64,000 bases of DNA. Source: Macrostomum lignano (Eukaryota). A program made the translations under genes and the position numbers. Positions 15,892 through 29,200 of this stretch are shown one piece after another. The stretch lies in the NCBI GenBank assembly GCA_002269645.1, contig NIVC01000251.1, forward strand, positions 434,001 through 498,000. The letters run 5' to 3'. The notes under the pieces were generated by a model. The model worked only from the letters and a program-made list of their open reading frames with translations. It was not told the DNA's origin and ran no database searches. Position 1 is the first letter of the stretch. Every line of letters starts with the position of its first letter.

Positions 15892-15975
15892 TTTCAATCA
15901 ATCAACCAATCAATCAATTAATCAATCAATCAATCAATCAATCAGTCAATCAATCAATCAGTCAATCAATCAATT

Positions 15976-16012
<37 letters not shown>

Positions 16013-16047
16013 GTCAATCATTCAATCAATCAACCAATCAATCAATT

Positions 16048-16080
<33 letters not shown>

Positions 16081-16200
16081 GTCAATCATTCAATCAATTA
16101 ACCAATCAATCAATTAATCAACCAACAGTCAGTCAACCAATCCGCAAATTAATCAATCAATCAGTCAATCAATCAATCAATCAATAAACCAATCAAATAT
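15300..16200. repeat. (AATC)n microsatellite, imperfect
   Basis: Direct inspection. Confidence 0.97.
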
Positions 16201-16263
16201 ATTTAAACCAACCTAAACTTATCAATCAGCTGTATCGTGGCAGTAATCGCAATCAAATTTCAG

Positions 16264-18419
16264 TAGTGCTCACTCAACTGTACTGCTGGCATCTCAATCT
16301 GGTGGCATCGGCCGGGTCAGATGTGGGCTCAGAGTGCTACAGTGAGTGCAGCTGCAGCTCCAGATTCTCGATATTCCTACAGCACAAAAATTAAGAAACT
16401 TTAATTCCCCTATAAACTCCCACTCCCAGGACGAGCGGTGAGCTGCATCCAGTGCTCAACAGAGTCGGTCCACGAGCCTACAGGTGCCAGGCTGTGCCGG
16501 GATCCCTTCGATGCCCGAATAAAAACCGAGTTTAAACAGCTGCACAAGTCGAGTGCGAGTTCCTTGGCAGCTGGTGGTCCAATTGCAGCGATTGTTAAAT
16601 ACAATATCAGCACCGTGATGTGCGATGGCTACTGCATCAAATGGGTGAAGGTGCCGCTTCTGGGTGAGCTTAGACTGAATGAGAGAGAGACTTTGGGATG
16701 TTTTTTTGATAATTGTAACTTAGCTGCAGTTCCCTGTCTAACAGGCTGAAGCGGAATCTTGTGTCTGACCGGATCAAAAAGGGATAGCGTATCTAACAGG
16801 CCTGATGGATTTTGTCTAAAAGTTCTAATATGATTTTGTACACTAGATACCATATCTAACAGGTCATCGATCTCATCATCTCTAACAGGTCCTAGATCTT
16901 ATATCAAACAGGTGCTAGATCTCATCATATCAAACAGGTGCTAGATCTCATCATATCAAACAGGTGCTAGATCTCATCATATCTAACAGGTCCTCGATCT
17001 CATCATATCTAATAGATCCTAGATCTAATCATATCTAACAGATCCTTGATCTCATCATATCTAACAGATCCTTGAGCTCATCATATCTAACAGATCCTTG
17101 AGCTCACCATATCTAACAGGTCCTAGATCTCATCATATCGAACAGATCCTAGATCTCAACATATCTAACAGATCATTGATCTCATCATATCTAACAGATC
17201 CTTGAGCTCATCATATCTAACAGATCCTCGATCTCATCATATCTAACAGGTCCTTGAGCTCATCATATCTAACAGATCCTTGATCTCATCATATCTAACA
17301 GATCCTTGAGCTCATCATATCTAACAGATCCTTGATCTCATCATATCTAACAGATCCTTGAGCTCATCATATCTAACAGATCCTTGATCTCATCATATCT
17401 AACAGATCCTTGAGCTCATCATATCTAACAGATCCTTGATCTCATCATATCTAACAGATCCTTGATCTCATCATATCTAACAGATCCTTGATCTCATCAT
17501 ATCTAACAGATCCTTGAGCTCATCATATCTAACAGATCCTTGAGCTCATCATATCTAACAGATCCTTGATCTCATCATATCTAACAGATCCTTGATCTCA
17601 TCATATCTAACAGATCCTTGAGCTCATCATATCTAACAGATCCTTGATCTCATCATATCTAACAGATCCTTGAGCTCATCATATCTAACAGATCCTTGAT
17701 CTCATCATATCTAACAGATCCTTGATCTCATCATATCTAACAGATCCTTGATCTCATCATATCTAACAGATCCTTGAGCTCATCATATCTAACAGATCCT
17801 TGATCTCATCATATCTAACAGATCCTTGATCTCATCATATCTAACAGATCCTTGAGCTCATCATATCTAACAGATCCTTGATCTCATCATATCTAACAGA
17901 TCCTTGAGCTCACCATATCTAACAGATCCTAGATCTCATCATATCTAACAGATCCTTGATCTCATTATATCTAACAGATCCTTGAGCTCATCATATCTAA
18001 CAGGTCCTCGATCTCATCATATCTAACAGGTCCTCGATCTCATCATATCGAACAGATCCTTGAGCTCATCATATCTAACAGTACCTAGATTTCATCACAT
18101 CTAAATCTAAACTAATGTGCTAGATGTAATTAACAATTAATTTATTGTATGCTAACCCACAGGTGGCGACACCCATGTAGTGAGAACATGCTCATCCAGC
18201 ATGGACATTCGCTTTTTCCAAAACACCCCGGTATGCATCTCCGAGTCCCGTACAGGCCGCGGCACAATGTGCTTCTGTCGAGAGAATATGTGCAATTCGG
18301 CTACTCACAGTAGAGTGACAAAAACTGCTACCTATTATATTTTAGCAAGCTGTCTGCTAATAAACAGACTACTAATGAACTACTTGCTACTCGCGAGTAA
18401 TATTGTCAGCATCTGTTAG
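16264..18419 (+). CDS. qvr: Quiver/Sleepless-like Ly6/uPAR three-finger GPI-anchored protein (5' exon not found)
   Basis: Phase-1 GT-AG exons 16264-16341, 16430-16663 and 18163-18419 join in frame: VLTQLYCWHLNLVASAGSDVGSECYRRAVSCIQCSTES...CRDPF...CDGYCIKWVKVPLLGGDTHVVRTCSSSMDIRFFQNTPVCISESRTGRGTMCFCRENMCNSA + hydrophobic tail. Cys spacing and motifs match Drosophila Quiver as I recall them (EC..R.I.C..C, CKDPF, CNGCCVK, CFC...MCN). The boundary of the 16264 exon is less certain. Confidence 0.85.
16850..18110. repeat. 26-bp minisatellite ATCTCATCATATCTAACAGATCCTTG in the qvr-like intron
   Basis: Direct inspection; lies inside intron 16664-18162. Confidence 0.95.
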
Positions 18420-19239
18420 TAAAGAAACGATATTTTAATTACAATAGCAACCCTATATGTTATAAATATATATTTTAACTGCTATAATGTCAATCAATTA
18501 TTTTTGGCTCAAAATTACGAATGTAATGAAAGCATAAAATGCAAATAAATAAATAAAATAAAAAAAGCAGAAAATTACTGTTTTTTGTGTGTTTCATTCT
18601 GACCACCAAAACAATACAGCTATTAAATTCTTTCATTTTTCATATATTTTTATTCTCAGAAGACAAAGGGACAACTGATTAAACAGCTGTATATATCACA
18701 TTAAAATGTAGGTCTATAATTACGCCTAAGGTCCAAAAGTGTACTTTATTCATTGTCTAAGAGACAGCAATTTAGCCTAGATTCAAACAAAAAAAGACAA
18801 AACAGACGCTTACGGTCTACTTACCATAGTAGTATCATTTATAGCCTAAAGCACACATAAACTAAAATAGAGATTAACAGTTTGGCACCAAAAAATATTG
18901 TTCAATAATTCAGTTTACTTGGTTAGCAAACATTGGAGTTTGTCGACCCCCAACTATACTACTAACTTGCATTGCTTTAAAAGTAATAAATTACAGGTAT
19001 TTTCTGTTACGATAACGTATTTTTAATTAATTAAGGAAACTAAACAAATGAAATCCAAAATACCCAATTATATAATTCTTACTATTGCTCTAATAATCTA
19101 CTATTAGTAGTAGCACAAGTTTTATGGCCTGTAGCAATAATATAATGAATTAAATATAATAATATCAAGATGTAAATAATTTAATTGTCATGTCAAATAT
19201 CGAGCTCAATGCTGAATTAATCGGTAAGTGACAAAAATG

Positions 19240-22200
19240 TTATTTGTTAGACTTGAGCCAATCTGCATGCCGCTTAGCCTGGGCATCCCAGAGCTTCTGC
19301 AGCTTCTTCAAAGCCGACTTGGACACCTCCTTGCCCTGGGCATCGTGAGTCGGCATGCCGCGTTCGTCGAACTTTGAATATTTGTCCGTGTCGCCGAGGA
19401 ACATCTGCTCAGCGGGCTGTTTGCCACGATCCTCCAGCGAAGCCTTGGCGGCCGCTTTTGCCGCCTTTTCAGCCGCTTTGTTGGCCTCCCTCTGCATGGT
19501 TTTTTGGGGGTGTTTGGCGCTGGTTCTACATGAGACAACTAAATGGCTACTGATACGAGCTAAACCTTAATTTTGGCGCCAAGTCTACTGATAGCTAAGG
19601 ATTTGGCGCCAAGTCTACTCTCATACTCAAGGATTTGGCACCAAGTCTACTGATAGCTAAGGGTTTGGCGCCAAGTCTACTGATAGCTAAGGGTTTGGCG
19701 CCAAGTCTACTGATAGCTAAGGGTTTGGCGCCAAGTCTACTGATAGCTAAGGGTTTGGCGCCAAGTCTACTGATAGCTAAGGATTTGGCGCCAAGTCTAC
19801 TGATAGCTAAGGGTTTGGCGCCAAGTCTACCGATAGCTAATGATTTGGCGCCAAGTCTATTGAAAGCTTAGAGTTTGGCGCCAAGTCTACTGATAGCTAA
19901 GGATTTGGCGCCAAGTCTACTCTCATACTCAAGGATTTGGCACCAAGTCTACTGATAGCTAAAGATTTGGGGCCAAGTCTACTGATAGCTAAGGATTTTG
20001 GCGCCAAGTCTACTGATAGCTAAGAATTTGGCGCCAAGTCTACTGATAGCTAAGGGTTTGGCGCCAAGTCTACTGATAGCTAAGGGTTTGGCGCCAAGTC
20101 TACTGATAGCTAATGATTTGGCGCCAAGTCTACTCTCATATACCAGGATTTGGCGCCAATGTCTAACCCGCCTCACCTCGGCCCTCTCACTCCGCTCGGC
20201 AGCCAGCAGATCAGCCGGATAGAAGCCCACAGCAGCGGGCAAGTTGCCCTCGCGATCCTGCAGCCGAACCCCCAGCCGACTCAACCGATCGTCCCGCATG
20301 ACATCGCAAGCGGCCAAGACGTCTTTGAGCTTGCGTTCGCGGGCTTGAAGTCGAACGCTGGCTCGAGCATCGGCGATGGCTCTTAGCAGAGGCGCCAAAG
20401 TTACCTGCCGATCAATGCTAGCCGCTTCAATAGGCAGATCGTCAACTTCGGGCTTGTCGTCGCCGAACTTGGCTTTGATGCCGGATTTCTGTAGGGCTTC
20501 GATTAATTGATTGGGCAGAGAGGCCAGCTCCGGCGCCAGGTCCGGGTTGCAGTCGGTGAAGAACTGCTTGGCCTCTTGGAGCAGGTCACGGATCTGGATG
20601 TGTAGGTTGGACAGCAGAGGGAGTGAGGTTATAGATCGATTTAAGTTAATTTTATTAAGCACACAGAGTTCAGATAATGGCACCTTTAGAGGTCTCAGAT
20701 AATGACACCCTTAGATCTCAGATACTGGCACTCTTAGATCTCAGATACTGGCACCCTTAGATCTCAGATACTGGCACCCTTAGATCTCAGATACTGGCAC
20801 TCTTAGATCTCAGATACTGGCACCCTTAGATCTCAGATACTGGCACCCTTAGATCTCAGATACTGGCACCCTTAGATTTCAGATAATGACACCCTTAAAG
20901 GTCTCAGATAATAGCACACTTAGATTACAGATAATAGCACACTTAGATCTCAGATAATGGCACCCTATAGAGGGTTTTAGATAACGATAACCACAGAACA
21001 ATGCCAGAATACTTTATAAATCGCAAAGAATAAAATAAAATGAAATTACCAACTCTTTAGTAGCAGGCCTCCATTCCAAACCATAGAAGCCATCAGGCAG
21101 CGGTTTATGCTTGAATCCGGGTTCTGTACCAGCCACATCAACAGTCCCATACACGTCCAACAATCGAGTGACGGCAACAGCCAATTGCTGCAGCAGTTGA
21201 ACATTACCGCCAGTTCGTCCATTACTAGAAGCCAAGAGATTATTAGCCGCAAATATTGCCTCCTGACAAATAATCAACGACCGTCTTGTATCCAAATTAT
21301 CGCACAGAGCTTCGCGTATTTTATCGTCAAACGAAGCGACTTGTCCAGCAAAATCTTCAGCCACTGAACTGTCAGATTCGCTGCTCAGCTGAAGCTCTTC
21401 AACTGCTCGAGCAATATTGTAGAAAAAGTCGGCAAACTGTCGTTCATAACTTGCCGCTAAAGTCATGGTCTCCTCGCTGTAGTCCAGCGTGTCCTTCCAC
21501 GAGTGCAATAGGAAGGCTAGTCGGAGTTTTCGCGGCGAGTGCTGAGCCAGAGCCTCGCGAATAGTGATGAAGTTTTTGAGACTTTTGCTCATCTTGCAGC
21601 CAGAGATGGTCAGGTGACCGGAGTGGAGAAAGTAGCTGGAGTATGAAAAAGACATCTAGTACGATTACTCGCTATCATTGAGGATAAGCTTTTCTTAGAA
21701 ATACTCTTACCAAATATATTGATAAAATATACTCAAGTAACTCTCATGCAAGCTAAAATATTTTTCAAAGTCAACCTCGCCGAATGAAACTGGATTTAAA
21801 ACATTTTTTCAATAACTGCAAATTATCTTTGCCCCCCCCTGCAATAAATTTCTTAAAAATACCCTCTCCCAAGAAATCCTCGAAAATACCCTCCCATAAA
21901 TTCCTCACATAACAGCCATAATTATTTTCACAAATTACGGTTAAATACCCTTATTTCCTCTAAAAACTCACTAATTCCTCTCAAAAATACCCCTAATACC
22001 TCCCATAAAATACCCCTACTTCCTCTCACAGAATACCCCTAATTCCTCTCACAAAATACCTCTAATTCCTCTTACAGAATACCCCTAATTTCTCTTACAG
22101 AATACCCCTAATTCCTCTTACAGAATACCCCTAATTCCCCTCACGAAATACCCCTAATTCCCAAACAGAAAAACGCACCAGTCTAATGAAAATACCCCAG

Positions 22201-25200
22201 AGAAACACGATCTCGCCGACTCACCGGACCCAATGCGAATGACCAAAATAAGCCTCAGCCTGGGCCAGCTCGTTATCGTGATGCGGGAATTTCAAATCCA
22301 CTCCGCCAGTGTGAATATCGAGCACAGGACCGCACTCCTTACTAGCCATCACTGAGCACTCAATATGCCAGCCCGGTCGGCCGGAACCCCACGGACTTTT
22401 CCAAGCCGGCTCGCCAGGTTTGCTAGCCTTCCACAGGGCGAAATCGGCTTGAGACCGTTTCTCTCTGAGTCGATCGGCTCCGATTGACAGGTCGCCCTCG
22501 CCCTCCTGCAGCAGTTTCTGATTGCCGTAGGCGGCCGGGACCAGCTTAGCGTAGAAATGACCATCCGCTTCGGAGAATTTTTGCGTATCAAAGTAAACCG
22601 AACCGTTGGACTCGTAGGCGAAGCCTTGGTCGATGATTTTCTGGGATTAAATTATTTTCAAGGTAAACAGTCGGAGTAAAAATTTGTGTGCCTCGTCATC
22701 TAATTAGATAAACGTTTCTACTCTGACGTCTCGTGAGAATTTAGACTGTTAATTCCCTTAATTGAGAATCTTAAGAGGGTTCTCAGGTGAAAATCACAGG
22801 TGATAATCTCGAGAGAGATCTCATTTGAGAATGAATCTCAAGAAAGATCCCGGGTGAGAATCTCAAGAGAGATCCCGGGTGAGAATCTCAAGAGAGATCT
22901 CAGGTGAGAATCTCAAGAGAGATCTCAGGTGAGAATCTCAAGAGAGATCTCAGGTAAGAATGAATCTCAAGAAAGATCCCAGGTGAGAATATCAAGAGAG
23001 ATCACAGGTGAGAATCTCAAGAGAGATCTCAGGTGAGAATCTCAAGAGAGATCTCATTTGAGAACGAATCTCAAGAGAGATCTCAGGTGAGAATGAATCT
23101 CAAGAGAGATCCCGGGTGAGAATCTCAAGAGAGATCCCGGGTGAGAATCTCAAGAGAGATCCCGGGTGAGAATCTCAAGAGAGATCTCAGGTGAGAATCT
23201 CAAGAGAGATCTCAGGTGAGAATCTCAAGAGAGATCACAGATGATAATCTCGAGAGAGATCTCAGGTGAGAATCTCAAGAGAGATCTCATTTGAGAACGA
23301 ATCTCAAGAGAGATCTCAGGTGAGAATGAATCTCAAGAGAGATCCCGGGTGAGAATCTCAAGAGAGATCCCGGGTGAGAATCTCAAGAGAGATCCCGGGT
23401 GAGAATCTCAAGAGAGATCTCAGGTGAGAATCTCAAGAGAGATCTCAGGTGAGAATCTCAAGAGAGATCACAGATGATAATCTCGAGAGAGATCTCATTT
23501 GAGAATGAATCTCGAGAGAGATCTCATTTGAGAATGAATCTCAAGAGAGATCCCAGGTGAGAATCTCAAGAAAGATCTCAGGTGAGGATCTCGAGAGAGA
23601 TCTCATTTGAGAATGAATCTCAAGAGATCTGAGGTGGGAATCTAAAGAGAAAGAGAGATCTCCGGTGAGAATCTAAGTGAGAGATCTCAAATGAGAATCT
23701 CAGTCTTTACAGAGAAGGTAAAACAGATTTACCTGGCAGTAGTCAATAATCTCGGGTACAACTTCGCTAACCCGCACCAGTCGATCAGGATCCAAAATAT
23801 TCAAGGCTCGCATATCAACAAAGTATTCACGTTCGAATTGTTTCGGCAGATCTTCAAACACGGCATTATCAGTGACGGTGCTGCCCAGCTTGCTGTCTAA
23901 CCAATCGCAAAGACAGTCCCGAGATTGCGTTAGCAGCACTTTAAAATTGTCGCTATTAAGTGCAGCTTGTACTTTGTCTAGATCGCGCTTGTGCATAGCT
24001 TGTTTATCTGGGTCTGTCTCGTTACTAGCTTTGGATTCTAAACGTTTGACAGCTTCGAGAACATCGGCCCGAACTTCATCGAGACTGCTGGCTCGGCTCG
24101 AGTATTGATCGAATAGGTAGCCTTGGCGAGCCCGCTTGATGATCTGGTGGAGATATGATGCAGAGGAGATCCTTCTTTGTGACTCAGTAGGATCTCTGCT
24201 TGCTTGTCTGAGATCTCTTCTAGGTGTCTCTATGAGATATTTCCTGAGTGTCTCTATGAGATCTCTCCTGGTGTCTCCATGAGATCTCTCCTGGTGTCTA
24301 TGAGATATCTCCTGTTATCTCTGAGATCTTTCCTGGTGTCTCAGATCTTTCCTGGGTGTCTATGATATCTTTCCTGGTGTCTCTATGAGATCTCTCCTGG
24401 TGTCTCTATAAGATCTCTCCTGGTGTCTCTATGAGATCTGTCCTGGTGTCTCTATGAGATCTCTCCTGGTGTCTCTATAAGATCTGTCCTGGTGTCTCTA
24501 TAAGATTTCTCCTGGTGTCTCCATGAGATCTCTCCTGGTGTCTATGAGATATCTCCTGTTATCTCTGAGATCTTTCCTGGTGTCTATGAGATCTTTCCTG
24601 GGTGTCTATGAGATCTTCCTGGTGTCTCAGATCTTTCCTGGGTGTCTATGAGATCTTTCCTGGTGTCTCTATGAGATCTCTCCTGGTGTCTCTATAAGAT
24701 CTCTCCTGGTGTCTCCATGAGATCTCTCCTGGTGTCTATGAGATACCTCCTGTTATCTCTGAGATCTTTCCTGGTGTCTATGAGATCTTTCCTGGTGTCT
24801 ATGAGATCTTTCCTGGGTGTCTATGAGATCTTTCCTGGTGTCTCTATGAGATCTCTCCTGGTGTCTCTATGAGATCTCTCCTGGTGTCTCTATCAGATCT
24901 CTACTGGTGTCTCTATCAGATCTCTACTGGTGTCTCTATCTGATCTCTCCTTGTGTCTCAGATCTTTCCTGGGTGTCTCTCTCCTGGTGCCCTCTATGAG
25001 ATCTCTCCTGATGCCTTCTATGAGATCTCTGCTTATACCCTCTATGAGATCTCTCCTGATGCCTTCTATGAGATCTCCTGATGCCTTCTATGAGATCTCC
25101 TGATGCCTTCTATGAGATCTCTGCTTATACCCTCTATGAGATCTCTCCTGATGCCCTCTATGAGATCTCTCCTGGTGCCCTCTATGAGATCCCTTCTGAT

Positions 25201-25697
25201 GCCCATTATGATCTCTCTCCTTGCGTCTCAACGAGATCTCACTTGGTTTTGGTCTATGAGATTTTTCTATTGTATCTCTATCAGGTCTCTCGCTTGTTTT
25301 TGAGATCTCGCTTTGTAATTTTACCTGTTTCCTTATTAACTTTCCCTGCTTCTATGAGATCTCTATAACTGAACAATTTGAGACCAAATAAGCCCCGCAC
25401 GCAATTTACCTTATCATCAATATCCGTAATATTCATAACGTAGTGCACATCAAATTTAAAATAATCCACAAATATTCTGCGCATAATATCGAAGCTGATG
25501 TAGGATCTGGCGTGGCCCATATGCGACATATCGTACACAGTCGGACCGCACGAGTACCACTCAACGTGACGCCCCTTCTCTGGCACAAACGGTTCTTTCT
25601 GGTTAGTTAAACTGTTGAATAGCTTTAACGGTGGCAGGTTATCAACGCCAGGCGTTGGCTGAGGCGGCTGCCACAGCGGTTGAGCTCGAGTTGACAT
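19240..25697 (-). CDS. CARS1: Cytoplasmic cysteinyl-tRNA synthetase, 6 exons, ~789 aa
   Basis: Exons (minus) 25697-25410, 24143-23733, 22640-22225, 21635-21050, 20593-20177 and 19491-19240, all GT-AG with consistent phases. Motifs: [18 protein letters not shown] (HIGH-type), [67 protein letters not shown], and the eukaryotic C-terminal [15 protein letters not shown]. The last acceptor is the least certain. Confidence 0.95.
19570..20160. repeat. 30-bp minisatellite TTGGCGCCAAGTCTACTGATAGCTAAGGGT (CARS intron 5)
   Basis: 10-aa periodicity [10 protein letters not shown]; 10-bp palindrome TTGGCGCCAA. Confidence 0.95.
20685..20970. repeat. 23-bp minisatellite TTAGATCTCAGATACTGGCACCC (CARS intron 4)
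   Basis: Direct inspection. Confidence 0.9.
21975..22165. repeat. ~23-bp degenerate minisatellite TACCCCTAATTCCTCTCACAGAA (CARS intron 3)
   Basis: About 7 degenerate copies. Confidence 0.8.
22780..23700. repeat. ~25-bp minisatellite GTGAGAATCTCAAGAGAGATCYCRG (CARS intron 2)
   Basis: Direct inspection; contains an internal duplicated block. Confidence 0.93.
24200..25260. repeat. ~23-bp minisatellite GAGATCTCTCCTGGTGTCTCTAT (CARS intron 1)
   Basis: Direct inspection; palindromic GAGATCTC core. Confidence 0.93.
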
Positions 25698-26279
25698 GTC
25701 TGCAGACAAGCAACCAAAGCGGTACTTACATATTTTTTATCATACTGTAGCGATCTTATGTTAACAAAAACAAACCGGAAACTTACTGACGCTGCTATCA
25801 ATCAATTTCCCAGCAGACGAAAATGATAATCCAGAGGCTTGGTTAATCAGCTGTTTAGATATAGTTTGAAAGAAACTGAGTTTCTTTGCTAGGACAAACT
25901 GCAATCATAAAAAAGTGATGGATAATATAAATTTCACAAATTGATTGTAGAGATTGCTTGTTTAAGATTTTACATTAAGAAAATTTTCACTATAGACTAC
26001 TTGTAGCAATTAAGAAAACAAAAATTCAGACGCAAACTGTCTAAAATATTCTGAAAACTACTGTTGGTAGGAGAATAGAATATTATGTAAAAACTATCAG
26101 AAAAAATCACCTTCACCTCACCTTCACCTTCACCTTAAAGGCTATTTTTTATTAAACAGTTTTAATCGTGATTGAGTGACCATTCTAGGATTGTGTCAGA
26201 AAACTTTGAAGACGATTAAAGTATTATTTTAAGGATGGTTAAAAAGGCGATATTAAGGATTATTTAAGGACGATTCAAA

Positions 26280-29200
26280 GAATTATTTAAGGGCGGTTCT
26301 AAGAATGATTCAAGGGCGATTCTAAGAATGATTCAAGGGCGGTTCTAAGAATAATTCAAGGGCGATTCTAAGAATGATTCAAGGGCGATTCTAAGAATGA
26401 TTCAAGGGCGGTTCTAAGAATGATTCAAGGGCGATTCTAAGAATGATTCAAGGGCGGTTCTAAGAATAATTCAAGGGCGATTCTAAGAATGATTCAAGGG
26501 CGGTTCTAAGAATGATTCAAGGGCGGTTCTAAGAATAATTCAAGGGCGATTCTAAGAATGATTCAAGGGCGGTTCTAAGAATAATTCAAGGGCGATTCTA
26601 AGAATGATTCAAGGGCGGTTCTAAGAATAATTCAAGGGCGATTCTAAGAATGATTCAAGGGCGATTCTAAGAATGATTCAATGGCGATTCTAAGAAAGGT
26701 TTAGGTACTATTCTTAGAATGATTCAAGGGCGATTCTAAGAATGATTCAAGGGCGATTCTAAGAAAGGTTCAAGGGCGATTCTAAGAATGATTCAATGGC
26801 GATTCTAAGAATGATTCAAGGGCGATTCTAAGAATAATTCAAGGGCGATTCTAAGAATGATTCAAGGGCGATTCTAAGAATGATTCAATGGCGATTCTAA
26901 GAATAATTCAAGGGCGATTCTAAGAATGATTCAAGGGCGATTTTAAAAATGATTCAATGGCGATTCTAAGAATAATTCAAGGGCGATTCTAAGAATGATT
27001 CAAGGGCGATTCTAAGAATGATTCAAGGGCGATTCTAAGAATGATTCAAGGGCGATTCTAAGAATGATTCAAGGGCGATTTTAAGAATGATTCAAGGGCG
27101 ATTCTAAGAATGATTCAAGGGCGATTCTAAGAATGATTCAAGGGCGATTCTAAGAATGATTCAAGGGCGATTCTAAGAATGATTCAAGGGCGGTTCTAAG
27201 AATAATTCAAGGGCGATTCTAAGAATGATTCAAGGGCGGTTCTAAGAATAATTCAAGGGCGATTCTAAGAATGATTCAAGGGCGATTCTAAGAATGATTC
27301 AATGGCGATTCTAAGAAAGGTTTAGGTACTATTCTTAGAATGATTCAAGGGCGATTCTAAGAATGATTCAAGGGCGATTCTAAGAAAGGTTCAAGGGCGA
27401 TTCTAAGAATGATTCAATGGCGATTCTAAGAATGATTCAAGGGCGATTCTAAGAATAATTCAAGGGCGATTCTAAGAATGATTCAAGGGCGATTCTAAGA
27501 ATGATTCAATGGCGATTCTAAGAATAATTCAAGGGCGATTCTAAGAATGATTCAAGGGCGATTTTAAAAATGATTCAATGGCGATTCTAAGAATAATTCA
27601 AGGGCGATTCTAAGAATGATTCAAGGGCGATTCTAAGAATGATTCAAGGGCGATTCTAAGAATGATTCAAGGGCGATTCTAAGAATGATTCAAGGGCGAT
27701 TTTAAGAATGATTCAAGGGCGATTCTAAGAATGATTCAAGGGCGATTCTAAGAATGATTCAAGGGCGATTCTAAGAATGATTCAAGGGCGATTCTAAGAA
27801 TGATTCAAGGGCGGTTCTAAGAATGATTCAAGGGCGATTCTAAGAATGATTCAAGGGCGGTTCTAAGAATGATTCAAGGGCGATTCTAAGAATGATTCAA
27901 GGGCGGTTCTAAGAATGATTCAAGGGCGATTCTAAGAATGATTCAAGGGCGGTTCTAAGAATGATTCAAGGGCGGTTCTAAGAATGATTCAAGGGCGGTT
28001 CTAAGAATGATTCAAGGGCGGTTCTGAGAATGATTCAAGGGCGATTCTGAGAATTATTCAAGGGCGGTTCTAGGAATGATTCAAGGGCGGTTCTAAGAAT
28101 GATTCAAGGGCGGTTCTAAGAATGATTCAAGGGCGATTCTAAGAATGATTCAAGGGCGGTTCTAAGAATGATTCAAGGGCGGTTCTAAGAATGATTCAAG
28201 GGCGGTTCTAAGAATGATTCAAGGGCGGTTCTGAGAATGATTCAAGGGCGATTCTGAGAATGATTCAAGGGCGGTTCTAGGAATGATTCAAGGGCGGTTC
28301 TAAGAATGATTCAAGGGCGGTTCTAAGAATGATTCAAGGGCGGTTCTGAGAATGATTCAAGGGCGATTCTGAGAATGATTCAAGGGCGGTTCTAGGAATG
28401 ATTCAAGGGCGGTTCTAAGAATGATTCAAGGGCGGTTCTAAGAATGATTTAAGGGCGGTTCTAAGAATGATTCAAGGGCGGTTCTAAGAATGATTCAAGG
28501 GCGATTCTAAGAATGATTCAAGGGCGGTTCTAAGAATAATTCAAGGGCGATTCTAAGAATGATTCAAGGGCGGTTCTAAGAATAATTCAAGGGCGATTCT
28601 AAGAATGATTCAAGGGCGATTCTAAGAATGATTCAATGGCGATTCTAAGAAAGGTTTAGGTACTATTCTTAGAATGATTCAAGGGCGATTCTAAGAATGA
28701 TTCAAGGGCGATTCTAAGAAAGGTTCAAGGGCGATTCTAAGAATGATTAAATGGCGATTCTAAGAATGATTCAAGGGCGATTCTAAGAATGATTCAAGGG
28801 CGATTCTAAGAACGATTCAAGGGCGATTCTAAGAATGATTCAATGGCGATTCTAAGAATAATTCAAGGGCGATTCTAAGAATGATTCAAGGGCGATTTTA
28901 AAAATGATTCAATGGCGATTCTAAGAATAATTCAAGGGCGATTCTAAGAATGATTCAAGGGCGATTCTAAGAATGATTCAAGGGCGATTCTAAGAATGAT
29001 TCAAGGGCGATTCTAAGAATGATTCAAGGGCGATTTTAAGAATGATTCAAGGGCGATTCTAAGAATGATTCAAGGGCGATTCTAAGAATGATTCAAGGGC
29101 GATTCTAAGAATGATTCAAGGGCGATTCTAAGAATGATTCAAGGGCGGTTCTAAGAATAATTCAAGGGCGATTCTAAGAATGATTCAAGGGCGGTTCTAA

